Of a stretch of 64,000 nt of DNA, positions 47,392 to 56,251 are shown piece after piece; positions within the stretch are counted from its first letter, which is position 1; each line of letters begins with the position of its first letter. The stretch comes from Schizochytrium sp. TIO01 (lineage: Eukaryota > Protista > Bigyra: Labyrinthulomycetes). The notes beneath the pieces are model-generated. The model saw only the letters and a list, made by a program, of their open reading frames with translations. It did not search any database and was not told the DNA's origin. The position numbers and the translations under genes are program-made. The DNA lies in NCBI GenBank assembly GCA_004764695.1, contig SMSO01000014.1, positions 2,723,648 through 2,787,647 on the forward strand, read 5' to 3'.

Positions 47392-48669
47392 TTAAAACAT
47401 TCGCTTCTTTGATCGAGGAGCAGCAGAATCTGTTGTGTTGAGATCGTCAAGACGACGCTTGTAGCGGTCAAGGCGGTCACGGTCCTTATCTGACTTTTGC
47501 ATTAACGCTTCGTATTTAGTTTCGAGCACAGAAATTTCACGTCTTAAGGTCTTGGCTATACGCTCACCAGCCTCAATACGGTCATCTAAAGCAGCAGTCA
47601 GACGTTGAACCTCAGCCTTGAGCTGTTTGTTCTCACGTTCCATCTCTTGTAGAGAGCGACGGGTAGCGTGTAACTCTTTGATCGCACCTTGACCAACATC
47701 AAGAAGTTGAATTGTCGTAGGACCTGACCTGCGCCTATTCAGGGCAGAAGCTAATACGGAATACTGTGATTTAACAATAGACTGGGGATGCATCCCCCCA
47801 TGCATCACGTGATGCTGTGAACCTTGTTGCATTCCATCAATGTTTGCATCCTGAGTTTGGTCACTGCCTTCATGAATGCCACTCCCCCCTGGGTTCCCTT
47901 GTGAATCTCCGTGGCTATGATGTTGCTCATCCATTTCATGACCAACCTGACCAGTACCATCACCAGAAGGGTCATCCTCTGATGGAGGCATCGGCGGAGC
48001 GCCACTTCTCTCTGCGTTAGGATCATCATGTGAGTCCGGTCCCAGCCCACCATATGCAGAAGTCGGGGGAGGAGGTGGCGGTGGATTTCCATGGTGATCA
48101 TTAAGCGACCCATCCTGGTGCATAGTGTCCACACCCCCAGAGCCAGCGAGTTCGGATATATGATCATCTGGCATGGGAATCACTATACGCTCAATCATGT
48201 ATTGGTCTAACATTGATCGCATCTCAGCTTCGGAGATTTCTGGCACTGTTATTTCATAATCTTTGAGATCTTTCGTAAAAAGATTTTCAGGTGGTGTAAC
48301 ATTTGTTGCAGGTTTCCATCGCACAAGACGTTTACCATCGAATCGAGAGCTTGAAAAATGAGCTTTACTCAGACGTTTGTCTTTACCTTTTTGCACTTCG
48401 TCCTCAGAAATGCCTAGTGCTGCAAGCCATCTAGTTCTGGAAAAGGTATTAAGCTCCCTCTGATTTTTAGCATCTTTTGATGGGAGTTCCACAAAGCCTC
48501 CTCTAATATCACCAAGCTGTGAGAAAACACTAGTCAAAACTTTACACATGTCCCTGTCACACAGACAACGTTTTTTTAAACGCGGGACCTTTGACGTAAC
48601 TAGAGCGGAGGGTTGCGAGCTGGTTGCTCCCATGGGTAATGGAGGAGGTGGAGGGGGCATCTGCTGGTG

Positions 48670-48700
<31 letters not shown>

Positions 48701-49533
48701 TGGTGTTGTTGTTGCTGGTGTTGCTGTTGCTGTTGCTGGTGTTGCTGTTGCTGGTGTCGTTGTTGCTGCTCCTGCTGCTGCTCCTGCTGCTGCTCCTGAT
48801 CTTGCTGTTGTTGTTGCTGCTGCTGCTGCTCCCGCTGCTGATTCTCTTCTTCATCACGTGGGTTCTGCTGGTCTTGATGTTCCTGATGTTCCTGATGTTC
48901 CTGCCCAACCTGCTGACCCGGCTGTTCTTGTTGATCTTGTTGTTCGTGCTGACTGTGGTGGTCCTGTGAATCGTGCTGGTTGTGCTGATCGAGCTGGTCT
49001 TGCTGAACTTGCGGATCTTGCTGTTCCTGCTGATCATGTTGGTCGTGTTGGTCGTGCTGATCCTGTTGATCGTGCCGTTCTTGTTGGTCTTGTTGGTCTT
49101 GTTGATCCTGCTGAACATGTTGCTCATGATGACCATGTTGATCAAGATCATCCTGCAAATCTTGAATTGGTTGTTGTTGAAGATGATGTTGGTGATGTTG
49201 CTGCTCGTCCTCCCGCTGCTGCTCTAATTGCTCAACCTCCTCCTGTGCTTGGTGCCCCTGCTGCTCTTGCTCAATTTGAATCTGTTGTTCATGAACATCT
49301 TCTTCATCTCCATCATTCTGCTGACCATCATCAAGACTCTGTTGCTCTACTTGGTGTTCCTCGTGGTCTTGAACAACACTATTGTCACCCGTAGCTTGCG
49401 CTTGTTCTGACATATCGTTCATGTGCTCCATATTCTCCACATTTTCAACATCCTCGGGATCCACAGAAGCTTGCACAGACGATGCGGCTGGATCGAGATT
49501 GCCAATATCGACGTTCCCAGAAGGATCTGCCAT
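47392..49533 (-). CDS. Q/H/D/E-rich low-complexity protein with a central THAP-like domain, C-terminal coiled coil and basic NLS; putative transcription regulator
   Basis: 713-aa ORF with polyQ. Central KKRCLCDRDMC..FVELPSKD..RTRWLAAL..RLSKAHF; coiled coil LQEMERENKQLKAEVQRL; terminal PRSKKRMF. Confidence 0.75.
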
Positions 49534-51138
49534 TCTATTTCTGTGCCGGATGGTTAATATTGCGTGAAGAAGATGTGACCAGAAAGGAAAATCAAGGGCG
49601 CAAAGGCGTCGTTGGAGGCCAGCTCCTGCCGCACAACCTTACTCTGGCACAGGACTCCAGGACCGGCGCAGCTCTCTAGAGCTCGTTCCTTGTATGGTAC
49701 GGGAGCCGGTTTCGTGGCGTGCTCCCTGCGAGAGAGACTCGCGTCTGGGGCCACGCCGTGCGCAAGGCAGTCTCGGAATTGGCTTGGCAAAAAAGAAAGA
49801 AACAAAGAACGAACTGTAGTAGGGACCTAGACTAAACTGGAGATGCGATTTGTTCCGTAAGTTCCTGATGATCCAAATGCTCCTAATTTAGTTAGATACC
49901 TACGCTTATTTATGATATGTGATACATTCTCCTTGTATAAAACGAGATGGTGCTCTGATATCTGAGCATTCGTTTCAGGAAATCTATGTCTGTATTTAGT
50001 TCAAATATATACCAAACAGAAGAATGTTTAGGAAGTTTATTGATGTGAAGCTGACGGTGATTAAGGTAGGATGCTGTAATTTGCAGCAAGGAACGCTACT
50101 CCAAAGAGTTCGCACAGAAGAATAACAAGCTTCTTGAGTTCTGTATCAATGTTGACAAAGCCCGCATTACTTAAATACTTTCTACAGAGTTCTCATATAC
50201 CTCCAAATTTATCAAAAGGTTTCCATTGCTGACGTAAGATACGAGGTTAGATGTACTACTTGATAACGAAAAACAGAAGACTAAAGCTCACATAATTCAT
50301 TCTTCATCGGGTATATGAATGTATCAGCCCCAATCTTAGGACTTGAAAGCTCCTAACCTTTGCAGTAGAAAATCACAAAGATACAGTTATGCAAGGGAAG
50401 TGCATACGTTGGATGAGATTGATAATAATGGCATGAATATACTATTGGCTTGGTAGAAACGAAAAAGGACAACCCGTATTCCAGAGGGAAAATAAGTATT
50501 CTTTTCGCCTTTGTATATTCGATTCCTATCTTAACTCTCAGTTCCAAGTTTCCATCGATGGTGCTAAAACGACTAGCACCAATTCATATGTTTTACTTTT
50601 TGAATATTTTCTTTTCACGACTCGCATCCACAAAGCATAGATAGCTAGATTATAAGGTAAATGTACAGCTTAACCCATCGGATTGGTTCGCACTACCTAA
50701 CGAGTCTCGAGGCGTAATCATATGTTTGACAAGTAAACCATCTTTGGATCATTGGGTTCTTTGTCATGGAATCAACTTAAGACATGCTATCGTTTCTATT
50801 CTTTGCTAAAAATGGTTCTTGTAACTAATAAAATTAATGAAGCATTACAGATGGATCAAAAAACGTAAAAGTTCGATAACTTATATTTCGATGTGATTGT
50901 TTCATATTAACCATATATTATGTTTAGTTAGATTATTAATAAGAAGTAGAGGTTAGATAAGAAAATGGGGAGGCCGAGGAACCGACAAGCTCCAAACACT
51001 GCAAGTGGAGCAAACCTCGAATACAAACCAGCAAAGTTCTTTCACCATCTCATTGGAAACACGCTAGTCGCTTACTTGATGCTTCAGGTGCTGACGCGTG
51101 ATTTGCGGGGGAGTATTGAAGTAATATACAGCTACTGT

Positions 51139-51164
51139 CTAACCTAACCTAACCTAACCTAACC
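51139..51164 (-). repeat. Interstitial telomere-like (TTAGG)5 / (CCTAA)5 tract
   Basis: CTAACCTAACCTAACCTAACCTAACC at 51139-51164. Confidence 0.85.
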
Positions 51165-51292
51165 AAGCCCTCATGTCCGACACATCCTGTGTATCGGACT
51201 GACATCATACATTCATTCCTGCCTGTATCCAGACCTGAAACCCCAATAACTCATATATCATCCTCTTTCTCTTTCTCCTGAGTTCGTCATCC

Positions 51293-51957
51293 TTGTCAGA
51301 CTACCTCTCCACGCTTCACAGCTCAGGCTACTCTGCAATAGGAAGTTTGGGGTCTCAGCAAGCGCCCTTCGGGGCTGGGCCGACGGCGGACGCGTGCGCT
51401 TCGCGCGCTTCCCCGGAGGCAAGCGCATCTATGCCAGCGACGATGTTGAGCGCATCTTTGATTGCGGTTCCACCGGCCGCGAGCAACGCAGCTCTGGATG
51501 TACCGTTATCTACGCCAGAGTGTCCTCGGTCAAGCAAAAGGAGGACCTCGAACGCCAGGTTGGCGATCTCCAGCGCGCCTACCCAGATGCTTCCGCCGTC
51601 TACAAAGACATCGGTAGCGGGGTCAATTTCAAACGCCAAGGTCTGTGCTCCCTACTGGACGCCTGTGACCGCGGCGGAATCGGCCAAGTTGTGGTCATGC
51701 ACCGCGACCGACTTGCGCGAATCGCAGTCGACCTCTTGGAACACCTTTTCGAAAGATAAAATGTCAAACTCGTGGTACACGGCCAAGATGCACATGCCGG
51801 AGACTCAGACACCTTCACCAAAGACCTCCTCGGAATCATCACCGTCTTTGTGGCATCGCATCACGGAAAACGAGCAGCGCAAAATAGACGGCGACGACGC
51901 AGCGAGGAAGAAGCGAGCTCGCACGAAGGCGCGCAAGACCATCAAGAAAGAATATAA
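51293..51957 (+). pseudogene. tnpA: IS607-family TnpA serine recombinase (MerR-like HTH + resolvase), disrupted
   Basis: Frame of 51394 reads RKFGVSASALRGWADGGRVRFARFPGGKRIY (HTH), VIYARVSS (catalytic Ser codon 51523), KQKEDLERQ, KDIGSGVNFKRQGL, VVVMHRDRLAR. An in-frame TAA at 51757-51759 is followed by NVKLVV...DLLGIITVFVASHHGKRA to stop 51957. There is no in-frame ATG upstream of the HTH. Confidence 0.88.
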
Positions 51958-53137
51958 CCTTGTCCGTACCAGAAAGGTTAGGGTATATCCTACTAAAGAT
52001 CAACGTACACAGTTGCTTAAATGGTTTGGTGTCACTAGAAGAGCCTACAATATTGGCGTTGCGTTTCACCGAGACATGGCGAAGGGCGAGGAAGAAGCCA
52101 TCAGATTGCATCAAGAAGCGTGCATCAAAAAGGATCGTAAGACGAAGCAGGTTTTGGTAGATGAAGATGGGAATCCAAAAACACATGGGGCACTTGGTGG
52201 AGAACTGAAGGCCGTCCGATATAAAGAAAAGAATGCTGCTCCTAAATGGGTTCTCGAGGTCCCACAGGCTATCCGTGATTCCGGGATTCTGGATTTCTTC
52301 AAGGCTATTAACTCGGGACGAGCCAAAAACGAAGAACTCGCTGTACAAAAGAAAGTCCATGAGCAATCTTTTTATAAGTTTCGGACCAAGCGTGATGAAT
52401 CACAGATTTTCGAAGTGAATGCACGTACCTGGAATGCGAAGAAATCAAAGACCTCCAACTTTCTAAAAGAATTCCGAATACGTAAAGAAAAGTTCCCCGA
52501 CCAGATTTCGAACGCCATGCGTGTGCAAATGAATCGCCTTGGGCATGTCTACTTCTGCTTCTTACGAGAAGAAAAAAAGCGTCCAATGGACCAGGCACCC
52601 AAGGCGCACCATGGTGTCATTGCTCTAGACCCGGGTGTTCGCTCGTTTCAGACGATGTATGACGCCGATGGCCGCGCCATTGAATGGGGCACAGGGAAAG
52701 ATTTTAGAACCATATTCTATCTCTGTCGCCGCGTTGATAAGATCCAAAGCAGCATTGATAAAAAGAAAACTGCATCCAGTGATAAAGACAATTTCAACAC
52801 CCCCTTGAAGCGCGCCTTCTATCGCGCCCAACTCAAGATCAAGAACAAGATCACTGAGATTCACCGCAAGCTCGCGCTTTGGCTTTGTGAAAACTATCGT
52901 GTTATTCTCCTGCCCAAATTCGAAACCTCTAAGATGAGCAGGAGGATGGAGCGACGGATCTCCAAGAAGTCTATTCGAATGATGTGTCGTTGGTCCCATT
53001 TTGGGTTCCGCCAGGCTCTCATTCATAAGGCTGAGATGTTCCCGTGGTGCAAGCTTGTTCTTTGCCAAGAAAGTTACACTTCCAAAACATGCAATGAGTG
53101 TGGGAGAAATAAGGATAGTGTTAGACTAGTGTACTAG
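51431..53137 (+). CDS. Fanzor2 / IS607 TnpB-like RuvC RNA-guided endonuclease, C-terminally truncated
   Basis: RTRKVRVYPTKDQRTQLLKWFGVTRRAYN (TnpB N-terminal/HTH region); RuvC-I GVIALDPGVRSF (Asp 52628); KIKNKITEIHRKLALWLCENYRVILLP (Pro 52913 at the canonical RuvC-II Glu position); WSHFGFRQAL; CQESYTSKTCNECG (alternative Glu 53069 and first CxxC). Stop at 53137 comes before the second CxxC and DRD. First ATG 51431; frame open from TTG 51293. Confidence 0.9.
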   Translation: MPATMLSASLIAVPPAASNAALDVPLSTPECPRSSKRRTSNARLAISSAPTQMLPPSTKTSVAGSISNAKVCAPYWTPVTAAESAKLWSCTATDLRESQSTSWNTFSKDKMSNSWYTAKMHMPETQTPSPKTSSESSPSLWHRITENEQRKIDGDDAARKKRARTKARKTIKKEYNLVRTRKVRVYPTKDQRTQLLKWFGVTRRAYNIGVAFHRDMAKGEEEAIRLHQEACIKKDRKTKQVLVDEDGNPKTHGALGGELKAVRYKEKNAAPKWVLEVPQAIRDSGILDFFKAINSGRAKNEELAVQKKVHEQSFYKFRTKRDESQIFEVNARTWNAKKSKTSNFLKEFRIRKEKFPDQISNAMRVQMNRLGHVYFCFLREEKKRPMDQAPKAHHGVIALDPGVRSFQTMYDADGRAIEWGTGKDFRTIFYLCRRVDKIQSSIDKKKTASSDKDNFNTPLKRAFYRAQLKIKNKITEIHRKLALWLCENYRVILLPKFETSKMSRRMERRISKKSIRMMCRWSHFGFRQALIHKAEMFPWCKLVLCQESYTSKTCNECGRNKDSVRLVY

Positions 53138-53603
53138 ATGGGTGATAAACCTTGCTTAACCAATTATTATCGTTTAAGCTAATTGTCATTATTTATATTT
53201 TCAGAGATTAACCTGAGTGGAGGAGACATGGTTCCGCTGCGACTAAAACCTCGTGAATGCCTTCTGGCAAATTGGACATTTTATGAGGGATCCCTCCTCG
53301 GAAGAGTTCTCTATATATTTATTGATGACGTATGACGCTTTGCATTAGTATGGTAGAGTGATCGGCCGCAGCAGTACAGTTTTTCACTATGTAACATATG
53401 TAAATGGTAGTAGTTACTCTTATCCGATTACTGTGTGTAGTGATAGCCTTTTGTCAATCAGGAGTGATTGTAGAACACTTTCACATGAGCATACTAGAAG
53501 GCACTGCAATCAAATGCAGACGAACACAAACCCTGATCAGGGTTTTCAAGGCTTGACAAGCTCTGCCCAAGCAAGCGTGCTCGGAAGAGGCTACAACGAT
53601 TAG

Positions 53604-55034
53604 ATGTTTGCCAAGGGAAAGCAACAAGAGGCTACAGGAGAGAGGGGTCAGTACAAATGGTTCGATCGTCTACATCGTTCTTGCCTTGGTTCCGCTAAAG
53701 TTGACTCGAAGGAATTCCTTGAGAAGGCCCTCAACATATGCGAGGAAATCAAAGATGCGCTGTCTAAGGAGGAGGGTGATGACAAACACGCCCAACTATG
53801 TGACTCAATCAGATCTTTCTTCGCAGTCACTGGCATGACTGTTGCAAATCTTGATGTTCTCGACTTTAAAAGCTTTGAAAGCATCATTGAGTCGTTCAGA
53901 CTCGTTGTGATTGCATATTATGAGATTGAAGACCCTCGGAGAGCTCGTGCCATTGCATTACTCGGCTTGGAGGTTTCCAAAGGGCTTCAAACTCGAAACC
54001 GAAACTTAAAATCAGATAGCGTGGAACATTATTTCCAGCTTTACGAAGCCATATTTAAGAATATCAGTAGTGAAGACCACTTGGCTTATATGGAGCTGGC
54101 GTACCAAATGAAGAAAGATCTAGGGCTACATAAATTGAATCAAGACTCAGTTAAGGTGATTCTTCCATCAAAACCTCATTTATTCTTGAAAGTGAATATA
54201 TTACATTCTCTTTGCAAACTACGTTTGCCCACTGCACGTTGGGGATCAATTCCTATGGACTCTGAACACGTGAATATATTTTTTCTTCACGCATGTGCAC
54301 TTCTTCTGGTTTCGTGGCTCCTAAACTCACGGAGTATTTTACTGATGACATTATTTGATGTTTTACTCCTATACAAATCCGCTCGCCAAGAGTTTTCTCG
54401 TGTAGAATCCGTAACTCCTTCGGAGCAGCAGGCAATCAAGCGTGAAAAAATGAAAACATTCGAGAAGAGCGAAGCTGATTATTTAAAAATGGACTTAACT
54501 AGAGCCCAAGCAGACCTCAAAGATCTTGAAAAGCAGCTAGAGAATTTACACAAAGAGCTCGAATATTCGAAGCTTGAAACAACCAAACAGGAGCATGTAG
54601 CAGCAGCCCTTCGTAAAGAAATGGGTCTTTCTGAAAGGAGCAACGCCAAATTTAAGAAGACTTACCAAGCCAGAATAGAGGAACTTGAGAATACGATAGA
54701 GGCCAACATGCAGGAAATTGAACACTTCAAAGAATTAGATAAGGTCCGCTGTGAAGAAGAGAAGGTAAAGAAGATAAAGGCGGATGCTGAAGTGTTAGAT
54801 CGCCTGAAGAAGATTGATGAAGCGGCAGTCAGAGGCTGGGAAAACTTTGTGGACTTCATCAATAAGGAGTATTGTGTACCTCAGCAGCGAGATAAGGCAT
54901 TAGACAGAAGAAAGGTAATTTTGCGCGCACTTAGAGCGTATCATCCTGACAAAGCCTGGAACGTCCCAAGCCTGTCAGGGGTGGACGCGAGCATTTGGCT
55001 AAGAATTGCAAAACATTTAAATAGTTTCAAATGA
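53604..55034 (+). CDS. Uncharacterised helical protein with a hydrophobic (TM) segment, coiled coil and C-terminal J-like (YHPDK) domain
   Basis: 476-aa ORF; hydrophobic VNIFFLHACALLLVSWLL..LLMTLFDVLLLY; E/K coiled coil; ILRALRAYHPDK. Confidence 0.7.
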   Translation: MFAKGKQQEATGERGQYKWFDRLHRSCLGSAKVDSKEFLEKALNICEEIKDALSKEEGDDKHAQLCDSIRSFFAVTGMTVANLDVLDFKSFESIIESFRLVVIAYYEIEDPRRARAIALLGLEVSKGLQTRNRNLKSDSVEHYFQLYEAIFKNISSEDHLAYMELAYQMKKDLGLHKLNQDSVKVILPSKPHLFLKVNILHSLCKLRLPTARWGSIPMDSEHVNIFFLHACALLLVSWLLNSRSILLMTLFDVLLLYKSARQEFSRVESVTPSEQQAIKREKMKTFEKSEADYLKMDLTRAQADLKDLEKQLENLHKELEYSKLETTKQEHVAAALRKEMGLSERSNAKFKKTYQARIEELENTIEANMQEIEHFKELDKVRCEEEKVKKIKADAEVLDRLKKIDEAAVRGWENFVDFINKEYCVPQQRDKALDRRKVILRALRAYHPDKAWNVPSLSGVDASIWLRIAKHLNSFK

Positions 55035-56251
55035 AATGATCTGCACCTTCCTTTTGTTTTTCTTTGAAAAGTTGACTGAGACAATGTAACAAACTTGAAA
55101 ATAAATAAGAGTCAAAAAATAAAAGAGGGGCAACTCCACTGCAGCTAATTATTCATTACTATTTCTCCTTCTAATACTAGGTATTTATATATTGGCCTGC
55201 ACGTTTTGGAAAGAAAAAGAAAACATTATTATTATTATTATTATTATTAAATTATTTTTTAATCACATGCTGGAAATTAAGGACAGTACTCAGCGAGAGA
55301 TGGTGTATGCGTCACACTTTTAATCAATTGTACCTTGAGATCTCAAAGCAGCCCGAAATACATTCATCACGGTAGAATCTGATTTTTGATTTCGAATGGC
55401 AAAACTCTAGTGGGGGCTGCTGGCACGTCTTTTTATACTATCGCAATAAGTAGCTTGAAAATATTGGAAATGACACTGATTGAGAAACATTCAGTCTTTA
55501 TTTTTAAAAAATAGCCTTTATAAAATATGTGGGGCTACATATATATTTCACATTAGGAAATTTAGGTTTTAATTTTAAATAAAAAATAAAAAAATCAATA
55601 CTACATATATATATATATACATATAATAATAAATATAAGAACACTTTTTTATATTAAAACTTTTTTAAAAAATTGAAGTGTTAAATCCATGTGTTGAGAG
55701 CGCTCCCAAGAGTTCAGAGAGCTTTACCATTAGTACTTGGTTACTCGTAGAGTCAATCGATGTGTTTGGTTTCAGAAGGCCTATATATCATGACGATTCA
55801 TCAGTCGAGGGATGCATTCTCTAGAGTTTCTCACTGCACGAGACTCTTAAGCACGCGCCAGAACGTTTTTGAAATATTCTCTGCTGTAGTATGAAAGCTC
55901 AAGTATGTCGAAGAAACATCACTCTGCAGTAGAGAGTTTAGTTTAATGTAGAGATTAACAAGTGCACTGGCTTGATTATCTTGCCCCGTGCCACTCCCAT
56001 TAGATAGAATTCAGTACCAGAAACCCTTGCACTTAGATAAAAGCTCAAAGCAAAAGTACATCACTCATATAAGCTTTTGCTTCTTTGTATTTTTGAATTG
56101 TAAGAATTTCTCAATCAGTCTATGTGTGCATTATTTGGCACAAATAATACTTCTCCTTTCCATTGGGTTAGGAGTTTATAGTAAAGGTATTTCCGTGAGG
56201 AGCGCCAAACTCCGCGTCTACAAACCCTCAACCCTTGGAAACAAACAAATC

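Larger units (their letters stand above)
51165..53137 (+). mobile_element. IS607-derived Fanzor2 (eukaryotic TnpB) transposon: tnpA serine recombinase + overlapping RuvC nuclease ORF; degenerate and 3'-truncated; ends approximate
   Basis: Two overlapping frames with IS607 TnpA and TnpB/Fanzor motifs. The tnpA part is more GC-rich than the AT-rich flanks. The exact termini cannot be fixed from one copy. Confidence 0.88.

Noticed and set aside
48548-49410. Poly-Cys, poly-Leu and poly-Ala/Val ORFs on the + strand
   Set aside because: They are reverse-complement readings of the CAG/CAA polyQ gene.
51293-53137. Calling the RuvC ORF a Cas12 or a bacterial contaminant
   Set aside because: There is no CRISPR array. 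The IS607 tnpA overlap, the rearranged RuvC Glu and the contiguous eukaryotic flanks fit Fanzor2 better.
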